Shown in pieces: positions 12,211 to 23,750 of a stretch of 38,925 nucleotides of DNA; position 1 is the stretch's first letter; every line of letters begins with the position of its first letter. Under the pieces are notes generated by a model. That model was not told the DNA's origin and did not search any database. It saw only the letters and a list, made by a program, of their open reading frames with translations. The DNA is from Octopus bimaculoides (lineage: Eukaryota), in assembly GCF_001194135.2 (NCBI RefSeq), contig NC_068981.1, forward strand, positions 91,870,165-91,909,089. Direction: 5' to 3'. The position numbers and the translations under genes were made by a program.

Positions 12211-13338
12211 GAGAAGCTATTTCCTGTGTGATCACAATACGTACTCTTACCATGCATATATTACACACGAAACCTACACTTTCAGTAAGTGTGCCGGTAA
12301 TTTCACTATATCTCATATGTGTCCATATCGCACATCGGGTATTATATGCCTATTCCTTTACTGCTTATCATTAGCACATCGGAATTTCCATGGGAAACCA
12401 GTCCTAAACTTCTCTGTGATGGCCTGTAGGGCTATAAGGATTAGGAAGCGACTGGGTATTTGACACTAAAATCGTTGTTGACTCTCACTTTTCTTACTAC
12501 ATGTTTCTACTGAGATTATTCGCCGCTCACATGACATGAAGATTTTATTCGCAATCTAGCTTTTTAGTTGTTCTTTCTGGAACCAAGTAACTTTCTAGTA
12601 ACAACAACAATAAAATCAGCAGCTAAACCAGATTATTTTTAAAAAAACATATTCAGCGAAACATAGTGCGCATAACGTCGTAATATTTCAGAAATTTTTA
12701 AAAAATTGATTTAAAATATTTTGACCTGCATACAATTTGTTCTTTGATCCTCTCTTAGAATAAGTTTACTTTTTAAAGCATTTTTTTTTTCGTTTGTGAA
12801 TAATGTTTTCGTTTTACTACTGCCTTCTAATTAAGTCAACACATTTCGACTACTTTGGAACAATAAAATGTCTTGCAAATATTCAAATTTTATGCTCTTT
12901 GAAAAAAGTATTTTGCTTTCTATAATCATTGCAAAATTGCAGAACTTTCAGAATATTCTCTTCATAAATTAACTTTTCTTCTGATTTTATTTCATTTTTT
13001 TCCTTTAAGATTTCGTCAACTGAAAATGATTCTACTGCAGTCTTTCAATTTTCATTAATTAACCCAATAATGATAATTCTAAATGTTGGATATTGGAAAT
13101 AATCACTCCAACTTCCTCGTTGTTAAATTTATCAACATCTTTTATACGAAAACGCATAATTTCCGTTTATAAATATGGAGTATAAAATCTTGGCAAAATT
13201 GCAGTCTTGAAACGCCACAAAGTTAGGTTGAAATATGCAGAGAAATTTGAATGCTACTTTGAAAAATAATATATTGTTTTATCTTAAAATGTATTTTCAA
13301 ATTATGTGAATATATTTTTCTAATTTCTCCTCTTAAAG

Positions 13339-13650
13339 GTACAGTCTGTGATCACGAAAAAATGGCGAAGGTTTATGATCAGTCGAAGTATGAAACACAG
13401 CATGCGCCGTAGAAGCTCTCGTACATCATCTCTCTTTTTGTCACAATCAGATGTCGTCGCCATGATGTCTATTCGAAGTCGAATAAGGAATCAGAAACAA
13501 TTTAAAAAACAGAACAGTCGTTTACATGTTTATTCTTCAGGAAGTGCAAGCATGGCAGAGCAATCAAATGGAAAAACTACTATAAGTAGCTTACCAAACT
13601 GCAAAGAAGGAGGAGACGAACTACAAGATAGGACGAACCAATTTTTATGA
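13339..13650 (+). CDS. Terminal coding exon of the class B1 GPCR (helix 8 plus C-terminal tail, 103 aa + TGA)
   Basis: Acceptor atttctcctcttaaAG; reads VQSVITKKWRRFMISRSMKHSMRRRSSRTSSLFLSQSD...DRTNQFL*. VQxxxxKKWxRF is a typical class B1 helix 8, and the frame is open to the stop at 13648-13650. Confidence 0.9.
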   Translation, partial: VQSVITKKWRRFMISRSMKHSMRRRSSRTSSLFLSQSDVVAMMSIRSRIRNQKQFKKQNSRLHVYSSGSASMAEQSNGKTTISSLPNCKEGGDELQDRTNQFL

Positions 13651-14047
13651 ACCTCATTCTGTTTCTGATTCTGAATAATTGAAATAAGCTGGAATCTAAC
13701 TATCTCCTGCATTCTCCGGGATTTTGAAACATTATATTTTCCCATTCTATAACATTTAAAGTTTTCTTTGTCATTTACTTCTGTTATAATTGTAATAATA
13801 CTAAGTCAATATGAATAAGATAAAATTGCAATATAAAAAGTGCGTACGACGGTAGGAGTTAAGTAAACATATTACTTCAGCATGCAGAAAACTAAGTAAG
13901 TGAAAGGCCTGTCTTTAAGTAGTGATATCTGTCGGCAATATGTCTGCATTTGTGATGTCTTTAAATATGCATTGGTCCATAAACAGATACAAGCAACCAA
14001 GCGTTCACAGACACATACATACGCACACACAATCAAACACACGCACC

Positions 14048-14091
<44 letters not shown>

Positions 14092-14350
14092 GACACACAC
14101 GTACACACACTAGTATGCACTTACACACAGTGTTTTAATGGCGCGCAAAAACACTACGAAATGTTACTCAAACGTTCAGAGATATCTTTATCAGGAAGGT
14201 TGTTTATTTACGTGTATATATTCTCATATATCTATGGTTGTTTAAGGTGGGTTTATGCTTAATGAAAGGAAATTGATTCCAGACATCTGCAACATGCACA
14301 GGATATCCATTTGAATCTGTTTGGGTCCCACAATCATTTCTGCTCTATAA

Positions 14351-14385
<35 letters not shown>

Positions 14386-15084
14386 TAGATAGATAGATAT
14401 AAGTTGGACAAACATGCACGTACCGATATTAAATGTAAATCTACAAACGCATTTGTAATGTATTTCCAAACAAAGGCAGAATTTCCCCTTTGTTTTTGCC
14501 TGGGGCGCTAATATATACATATATATTCTTTTGTTTGTTTTCCTTGTATAATTTTGAATCATGCATGTGTGTGTATGTGAGTGTGTGTATATATGATACA
14601 TACATATACACAACACACACACACACACAACACACACACAACACACACACACATACATATATTTATTTATATGATTTGTTTTATTTGTTCCCACTCATTT
14701 TATTCATACCAGTATATATACTATGGATTCATATTTCTATCGTATTTTCTAACATATTTTCGGTTTTATTAATCCCTTCGCTAAAGTTTTTGTGAAGAAA
14801 TATTTTCGATTCTCGTTATATTTGGAATGTATTTATTTCTATCACATTCACACGCATTCACATGCACGCACCCCACCTTATACATGTTGATATAGATGTA
14901 TACTCTATTAACACCGGTGTTCAAACCGAATATTTTGCGATCTCTTTATATCAACCTATTTTCATGTCCCTATACTCGGTTCTGCAACATACTAACAACA
15001 ATTTAAACTTGTCTGTCCTCTTACTCTTCCTCCATATTCGGCCTACACTGCAAGCATCCACTCACACTATATCAGTTTTTGAAC

Positions 15085-16440
15085 TCCGTCAGTATGACAC
15101 TTCATGTTGTTGGATGGATGGAAATCCACAAGTCTTGTGCCATTCAGAGGAAGGTACTATATGAGCTCTTCCGCTGATTCATCGAAAACAGTTGTGTTAT
15201 TAAATTCATTCTTTCAGACATGCCCATCCACATCTCACAGAAAACAAAATCTCAAAGCTCAAAACGTTCAAAGAAGTTCATCCATAGCTGCGCTATTGCT
15301 GTTCAGGCAAAAATTCAGATCCCAAACGTCTCCAATTAATATCACACTTCCCCACACCGGTCGGCATTTATGAAACGGTAACAATTCTTGTATGATTATC
15401 GTCCGAACTGCATACGTTACCTCTATACATTATAAAGTTTTCAAGCTATTCCACTTACCAAAATTGTATCAAGCGCTTCTGATTGCGTGACACAACTGTC
15501 TCCACTAAAATTTACGGAATACTCCTCTCCTTACTTTTTACCTATGGCGGTCTCGCGTGCAGTTCTTCGGCCGAGGAGCAATGAATACAGGAACATTATA
15601 ATGTTCATCCAACTCCTCACTGTCCACAATAGATAAATCTCTGCATTTCTACTCCAACGAAATCTTCACCGTACTTACCGCTAAGGTTCATCCGCCCACT
15701 TCAGAAGTTATAGATCCTGACAATGTCCATCTGTTACCAACAACATTGCGCCACAGATCTAGTCCTCAAATTCGCTAAACGTATCTCTTTTTTCCTTCAA
15801 ATATATAGATTGTTCCACGAAAATAAGTTAACTGTGCCCGATTTCCAAAAAGAACAGTCCTGCCTTGTTGCCCTCAGTTCCAATACCTCAAATATAAAGA
15901 AAACAGCGATTACTAATAAAATTTTCCAGCAAAATGGATCTCGCTTTCCTGTTAATGAATAACTTTACTGCTTCCGTAGATCCAGTTCTAATAGAGACCT
16001 ACTTCCTTAATTCAATATCATTTGGATCTTTACGTAAAAATAAATTTACTAACTCAATGCTTTTTTCCTGGTATTACTAAAGTTTACAACTATCTTGCAT
16101 ACACATTTCCAACAACAACTACCTGCTTTCTCTTCGATTACAAGTTCAATTGTACAAGTCAATAATCAACATACTGTTGTTGCCAACGGCATCCAATCTT
16201 ATTCTGATAAGACCAATTTTCATTTTCCCTTATTCTACCGCACACCAAATTTACACATATGCAACAACGAACGTAGAGACACAAGGTAAACTCTTTTCTC
16301 AGCACGAGAAATGTGTCTGGTTTAGTAATACGAATCCGGTTTCCTTGAGTCATCTTAACTCTGTTTTACGATCCAAGTTCACATTAAATTATTCATAACA
16401 TTTCTGTACTACAAGATCCAATTTCCAGAAAGAATTACGT
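15085..16440 (-). pseudogene. Possible intronless pseudogene or mobile-element ORF relic with ankyrin-like segments
   Basis: A microsatellite-free block whose minus-strand frames give protein-like segments broken by stops and frameshifts: SIELVNLFLRKDPNDIELRK*VSIRTGSTEAVKLFINRKA, DLSIVDSEELDEHYNVPVFIAPRPKNCTRD, EWHKTCGFPSIQQHE. Family not confirmed. Confidence 0.35.
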
Positions 16441-16603
16441 ATATATGTGAGTGCATGTGTGTATATGTGTATATATGCAGACACACACACATATATATAT
16501 ATAAATACACACACGTGCACGCACACACATACACAAATATATATATTATGTGTATGTATGCATGTATATATCTGTTTAAACGTACTTTCCTGAACCTTGA
16601 ATG

Positions 16604-16639
<36 letters not shown>

Positions 16640-16919
16640 CACACATCAGTTTCTGAACACTGTATCCTTGATGCATATGACATCAAGATATGAATAAAAG
16701 TCAGTAAATTTTGTGTAGAAATACACTTTGGGCCAGAAAAATGTCGACGATATTGAATTTAGTTTCTGTCCAAATGAGATTTACAACCCGATATTTACAT
16801 GCTGATTTATGTATGTTCTTGTGATGTGTTTCGTCGTTTCGTGATCCAATATTTCAAAGTAATTATTTCATGTCCTAACAAAAATTTATAAAATTCTTAT
16901 GGCATCAGCAATGTCCCGA

Positions 16920-16920
<1 letters not shown>

Positions 16921-16969
<49 letters not shown>

Positions 16970-16974
16970 CGTGC

Positions 16975-17030
<56 letters not shown>

Positions 17031-17045
17031 GTGTGTATATGTGTG

Positions 17046-17083
<38 letters not shown>

Positions 17084-17088
17084 CGTGC
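16921..17088 (+). repeat. Compound (GT)/(GC) microsatellite
   Basis: Direct reading. Similar (CA)n, (TA)n, (GA)n, (GATA)n and (TACA)n tracts occur at about 1205, 2700, 7248, 8735, 14050, 19292, 22310, 26205, 27980, 29700, 31525 and 31940. Confidence 0.95.
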
Positions 17089-19291
17089 TTGTTTTTCGTC
17101 ACCTTGAAAACGCAAACTGTTCACTGCCAAAACTTCTTGCTGCATCTTAGAAAGTAACAGGTAGTTCACGATATACATGTGTTTATGTATGTATGTATGT
17201 ATGTATGTATGTATGTATGTGTGTGTGTATGTATGTGTAAATTTAAATGCTGAAGTGAGACTAACGGTTTCTATGTGTTTTTAAATGGCTTACAAATATC
17301 TTCGACTCTGCAATTGTCTTTGTTTCTTTGTTTCAGCGCACGATCTGGGATCAAATCACTTGCTATACAAGTACATCTCCGTAACTACACACACNNNNNN
17401 NNNNNNNNNNNNNNNNNNNNNNNNNNNNNNNNNNNNNNNNNNNNNNNNNNNNNNNNNNNNNNNNNNNNNNNNNNNNNNNNNNNNNNNNNNNNNNNNNNNN
17501 NNNNNNNNNNNNNNNNNNNNNNNNNNNNNNNNNNNNNNNNNNNNNNNNNNNNNNNNNNTATATATATTTAAGATTCATTCGGATAAGGTACTTAAGTTGA
17601 GGCTCCAACTGAATCTGGTATTATCCGCACAACTCGAAGTAAGTTGAATAAAAGCAAAGAAGTAACAAGGATGTCAAGGTATTAGTGCACCAATTTAATC
17701 GAACAATGCAAGCATTACATCAATTTGAAAATTCACCGCCATCTTCAGATGCACAATATAAGTTTTCACCATACAGGATACTTCATTATAATTTTTAGCT
17801 AATATTTCATCAGAACTAGAAATTGGAAGAATTACTTAAAGAGAAAATACTTCAACTATAATTTGGAATGGCAGAAGAGAATAACAAAGGGGTCATGAGC
17901 GAGTAACATAGCTACAATGTTTATCTATCTCTTTATGACCATAAAACATTTAATGTAGCTAATATACTAAGTATTAAAACCACTGACAGCTGCAGATAAT
18001 AAATTAATTACTGTCAGATAGCCTCCCAAACCTTAACTTACTATAGCTATAGATTCCCATGACCACATAAAGAAACAAATCTCAGAAGAAATGCGTAAGA
18101 TAATGGTAAATGTTCAGAAAGTGGCAGGGTATGGGTGATATAAACTATTTAATTATTATCAGTTAAAGGGGCTTAAAATAGAAAACAAAGGACATCATAA
18201 TGAGATCTAAATGGACATTTAAGGTACAGGGGGAAAATATAACCAAAGTATATCAAAATCTATATATTATTATATTTTGTATAATGAAAGGTAAAATTTT
18301 AAAAGAATTAGAAATGGATATAACAACCAAGGAAGATAAGGAAGATATATAAAACAGTATAAGCCCTAAAAAATAGATTACTTTCATATAACATACAAGC
18401 TTTGTAGTACTTCCTCCGAGCAAACTTTAAAGTGCTCATGATAAATCCATTCAAACAATTAACCCAAATTACATTAAAAATTTATCCGAGAAAGAGGTAC
18501 ACATTTTCTATTGATTGAAAAGGAGGGATCAAAGACAAAAAAAAAAAAAATGTGATAATTGGCTTTATACCAGATAAACCTTTTTAAAAAGTATAATTAC
18601 ATTAAAAATTCCAGCATTATGAAAAATCCTTAAAGGATGGAAGGATATAAGAAGATATGGCATATATATATATATATATATATANNNNNNNNNNNNNNNN
18701 NNNNNNNNNNNNNNNNNNNNNNNNNNNNNNNNNNNNNNNNNNNNNNNNNNNNNNNNNNNNNNNNNNNNNNNNNNNNNNNNNNNNNNNNNNNNNNNNNNNN
18801 NNNNNNNNNNNNNNNNNNNNNNNNNNNNNNNNNNNNNNNNNNNNNNNNNNNNNNNNNNNNNNNNNNNNNNNNNNNNNNNNNNNNNNNNNNNNNNNNNNNN
18901 NNNNNNNNNNNNNNNNNNNNNNNNNNNNNNNNNNNNNNNNNNNNNNNNNNNNNNNNNNNNNNNNNNNNNNNNNNGAGAGAGAGAGAGAGAGAGAGAGAGA
19001 GTGTGTGTGTGTGTTAGGTGTTATGTACAGAAATTGAATATTGAGAAAAGTCATCAGAATTTGAGAAAAATTTTTTTTTATTTCTTCATTATTATTAGCG
19101 CTTTCGTTCCTTTCTCGAACTAGTCAAATAAAATTTTGTGAATGTACAAACAGCTTGTTCATTTATATAAAACAGATAGTTTTTTGCGGGGGTGGGGGTT
19201 AGAAGAAAACATTGTTTTTGCTTTTGGGAATGAGGTTCCATGACAATGGAAATTGTTAGATAGAAATATAGGTAGGTAGATAGGCGGATAC

Positions 19292-19356
<65 letters not shown>

Positions 19357-19806
19357 CAGATAGAAAGTCAGATAGGTAGAGGAAGAGAGAGAGAAGGGGT
19401 ATCTCCCTTCCTATTCACCATTTATATATTTATTTATTTAGACCTTTACCATTGTATTGGAATGGGCTTAAGGTTGGTGACCTCCTAAAAAAAAAAAATC
19501 AGGTGCGGTTTGATCAACGCTGAAAGTCATTTTGCTTTCTTTCTCTCTTCCCCTCTTTTTCTTTTTTCATTCTCTCTTTCTTTTTCTCCTCTTTGAGTTA
19601 TATTTAGAATACAAAATATACTCTCTCCCCTTCCAAACACTCAAATTTGGAGAAAATTGTATGATGAAATATGGTTAAAATATACTATCTCCCTTTTTCT
19701 TTACATTGGAAGTTTGACAATTATCAAAATTATCTATATAATTTTCACCTTTAAAGGTATTTTAATATGCTGGCCACTTGATGAAATGTTTGGAAAAAGA
19801 TTTTAT

Positions 19807-19839
<33 letters not shown>

Positions 19840-19875
<36 letters not shown>

Positions 19876-20070
19876 TTGTGTGTCGGTGTTTGTCTCCCCA
19901 ACGTTGCTTGACATACGATGCTGGTGTGTTTACATTTCCAATAGAATAAGTAATAGCCAATAGCCAAATGACCAATAGAATAAGTAATAGCCTGTCAAAC
20001 AATAAGTTCTGGGGTCGATTTGCTCGCCTAAAGGTGGTGGTCCAGCATAGCCGAAGTCTGAAACAAATGA
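19840..20070 (+). mobile_element. tRNA-derived SINE family A, 3' half with internal duplication
   Basis: ttgcttgacatacgatgctggtgtgtttac ... ggggtcgatttgctcgcctaaaggtggtggtccagcat; ccaatagaataagtaatagcc occurs twice. Confidence 0.75.
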
Positions 20071-20297
20071 AGTATATACATATATCATAATATTAGGGAA
20101 TGTCAAAATCCGAACTTACAAGAATATTCAATTCAATAATATCAAATTAAATTTTATAATGAAAAATATATTAATAATTTAGAGAAGAACCACGAAGCTG
20201 CAATCCAAACAATGAACGAGATCAGACACCATCAAGAAACCGTACTCTACAAAATACTGATTTAAAAAATTATAAGATCTAAAAGAAAAGTTTATAA

Positions 20298-20700
20298 AGG
20301 AGTGGCTGTGTGGTAAGTAGCTTGCTTACCAACCACATAGTTCCGGGTTCAGTCCCACTGCGTTGCATCTTGGGCAAGTGTCTTCTACTATAGCCTCGGG
20401 CCGACCAAACCCTTGTGAGTGGATTTGGTAGACGGAAACTGAAAGAAGCCCGTCGTATATATGTATATATATATATGTGTGTGTATGTGTTTGTGTGTCT
20501 GTGTTTGTCCCCCTAGCATTGCTTGACAACCGATGGTGGTGTGTTTATGTCCCCGTCACTTAGCGGTTCGGCAAAAGAGACCGATAGAATAAGTACTAGG
20601 CTTGCAAAGAATAAGTCCCGGGGTCGATTTGCTCGACTAAAGGCGGTGCTCCAGCATGGCTGCAGTCAAATGACTGAAACAAGTAAAAGAGTAAAAGAGT
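20298..20700 (+). mobile_element. tRNA-derived SINE family A, full-length copy
   Basis: tRNA-like head, core-like cttgggcaagtgtcttc segment, internal (TA)/(TG) tract, 3' tail ending in (gtaaaaga) repeats. No clear target-site duplication. Confidence 0.9.
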
Positions 20701-21468
20701 AATCCATAAAATCTATATAATATTAGATTAAAAATTTAATTCAATTTCGTAAATTTATAAAAAAACATGTGAATAATAGACCACGCGCTTTTCGTGGCCA
20801 CATAATAGTGGAGAAAATCTGTGTAATGTACATTAAATCGATCAAGATAAGTTCCATTCATCTTTAATAATAATTAATTATCTTCCACTCAGAATGAGGA
20901 CACTCTTCAGGTCTTGTAAATTAAAAAAAATGTATACTAATATTTAAAAATGTAAATAAAATAAAATAGGAAAAAGTAGAAATATCTGTACGTTTAGGAA
21001 AGCAATTATTAGTATAATACATAAAATGTCAAGGTTTGAAAATAATAATAATTTCTCAAGTTAAAGGCATAATTCGTCTAATGAAGAAATACTTTCTGTG
21101 TATTAAGGATAGGAAAACATATAAAAAGATACTGTTATTAACGATTAAATGAATTCGGACGTTCAACAGTATTGATAAAAAAAAAACAGCATTACTTATC
21201 TTATCGAAGATTCCATGTTGACTGTAGTATTACACATGAAGCATAGGATTTATACGATGTGTCACGTGACAACATGGCGTTCCTTCGTGACCACAAATAT
21301 TAAACTTCCTATGTAGAATTAAAATATGTAAATCACGTGACAATATGGCGTTATAAGGAGAAGAGAGAAGGAGTATTAAAAGAATAAAATTACGAAGTAT
21401 GTATAATAGACAGGAAACTAAACACTAGTATGCTATTAAGTTGAAGAGAATTAATTATTTTTAGTTGA

Positions 21469-21816
21469 TATAAAGAATAATAATAAATGGAGCAAAACGC
21501 ATATAATCAATAAGTTCCTTTAATTCCGACATATGTTTCAAAATTTATATGCACTCTACTTCAAAGAAGTAAGAGATACTGGAATATACATCTAATTTCA
21601 TCGTCAGGGAACCATGCTACAAATGCACGACTTGTGCTGAATGCTAAGGGTACGTACGAGGAATGCTAAGGGTACGTACGATGAAATTATATGTATATTC
21701 CAGCATCTCTTGCTTCCTTGGAGTAGAATGCATATAATTTTTGAAACATATGTAGGAATTAAAGGAACTTATTGATTATATGCATTTTGCTCCATTTATT
21801 ATTACTATTCCTTATA
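21469..21816. mobile_element. Foldback element with about 136-bp inverted arms, each carrying a hammerhead-like relic
   Basis: Arms 21469-21604 and 21678-21816 are about 90% reverse-complementary. The spacer holds a tandem 21-mer (gaatgctaagggtacgtacga at 21639 and 21661). The right end runs into (TA)n. Confidence 0.85.
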
Positions 21817-21829
21817 TATATATATATAT

Positions 21830-21880
21830 ATCAAAAAATAAGCAACACGGATTTCAAATCTGTGTTGCTTATTTTTTGAT
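21830..21880. repeat. Near-perfect 51-bp palindrome
   Basis: atcaaaaaataagcaacacggattt-c-aaatctgtgttgcttattttttgat: 25-bp arms, one mismatch, 1-nt loop. Confidence 0.95.
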
Positions 21881-22314
21881 TTTAATCACCTATCCTTTTG
21901 GGATGCGATATTCGGGTGCCTACGCATAAGTACCATATTCAAGCCTTGAATATATATATATATATATATACATATATAGATATCACATGTTAAATTACTT
22001 TCCAATAATAGTTAAGAATATCTTTTCAGCTTTTCAGGTAAGGTTATTTAACGAGACAAGTTAAGAAGCGATATTAGATTTAGAAGGAATAATAAGCGGA
22101 ACAATGAAAATAATTAAAACGAAGAGATTTCATAAAACTAAAGATAGAAGCGTGGTGAATATTTTAGTAATTATATTTCAATATAGACTTGACTTAATGT
22201 TCAAGTATCATTTTGTTTTATTTATAGTTATAGTTCATGAAGCATATATTGTTTTGTGTGTGTGCGTGCATATATATGCACATACATACATATATATATA
22301 TATATATGTATGTG

Positions 22315-22410
<96 letters not shown>

Positions 22411-22760
22411 CATATATACATACATACACACACACGTTTATATATGTATAATAGAAATACCGTCGAACTATGAATGCAAATGTAAAAACTAGAATATATG
22501 CAGTGCGTGTGTATATATGTTTCTATTTATTCCCACCAACAACACTGCCTTTTGCACACACTCACTCACTCACATTATTACATATGTAACTTTTCCTCTC
22601 TGGGTGTGTTCCCTTGTGTGTGTAGATTGTCTGTGAATTTGAATGCATGTGTGTCTATGAACTTTTGTATACCTGTATAATGTATACACACACAAATGCT
22701 GATATATGTTGATATATATTTTTAGTGTGAAAACTGTACTGCGAGTGTTATGAATAGGCA

Positions 22761-22896
22761 TCGACTAATTTATACTTTCCATTCCACCGAAAGATTAATA
22801 AATTAAGTACCAGTTGCGTACTCGTGTCGATTTAATAGACTGCTCCACCCCTCCCCAAAAATTTCGAGCCATGTGCCAAGAGTAGAAAAGAATTAT
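22761..22896 (+). mobile_element. SINE family C-like 3' fragment
   Basis: aaattaagtaccagttgcgtactcgtgtcgatttaatagact...ccaaaaatttcgagccatgtgcc...agaaaagaattatt resembles the 3' half of this SINE type (recognition only). Confidence 0.5.
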
Positions 22897-23611
22897 TTAT
22901 ACTTTTCAATAAAGTATTGAAGATTTATGAAGATAATGGAAGTTTCACAATTATCACAATTATCTATATCTGCCGAATAATTTCTTTGTGGCAGAGAAAT
23001 TGAAGGAGGAAAACACAGCATTTAATAAGATTCATTTATTGTTTATTTTCGTCGGCATATGCGATCTTCCGTTGTTTTTAATGTTGCTTTATTCTCATAA
23101 GACGTCTTTACACTGAATTTATGCTCTGGAGATACTAATAATGTACGACGGACGTAAATGCTCATCAAAATATTCTCTATTTTTCTATTTTCACCCGCTT
23201 ATTTGTCTAATTATTAGTCAATTAGTGCGTTTCTCATATATAAGAAGTTCATACAAACAGAAGTCTAGACCACGTTTTCTCCAGACAACGTTTTTCAGGT
23301 GTTTCAAATACTTCATGTTCTTATGCTATTAATGTCCTTAAAAACGTATACGCCTTTAAATATCTATTTTCATCTTCGCTGTGAGACGTAATATCTAGTT
23401 TCTAGTTATAACCTTTATAACCTTCTAGATATGACCTTCCTAAACATTGCGGAAAAACTGGAAATATATTAGCTAGCAAGCGACACTGGTGATTAAATGA
23501 AATAAAAGGTTCGTACAGCATCATACTTGATTTAAGTAGAATTTCTAGTCACGTATAGCAGCAAGTGATGACGATAGGACGTTGACGATAACGACGACGA
23601 TAATAATGACA

Positions 23612-23750
23612 AAGAAGAAGAAGAAGAAGAAGAAGAAGAAGAAGAAGAAGAAGAAGAAGAAGAAGAAGAAGAAGAAGAAGAAGAAGAAGAAGAAGAAGAA
23701 GAAGAAGAAGAAGAAGAAGAAGAAGAAGAAGAAGAAGAAGAAGAAGAAGA
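23612..23750 (+). repeat. (GAA)n trinucleotide microsatellite, about 46 units
   Basis: Uninterrupted aag/gaa run; it explains the poly-K, poly-S and poly-L pseudo-ORFs. Confidence 0.97.

Larger units (their letters stand above)
749..13338 (+). other. Last intron (12,590 bp) of the class B1 GPCR
   Basis: GT at 749-750 and AG at 13337-13338. Splicing gives ...YCFFNGE|VQSVITKKW..., restoring the family NxEVQ motif in frame. Confidence 0.85.

Noticed and set aside
13651-13900. Polyadenylation signal for the GPCR
   Set aside because: No canonical AATAAA close to the stop, so the 3' UTR end cannot be placed.
17760-18450. Possible decayed LINE/Penelope coding remnant (also 10620-10900 and 27150-27610)
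   Set aside because: No diagnostic motif could be read by eye; needs a translated search.
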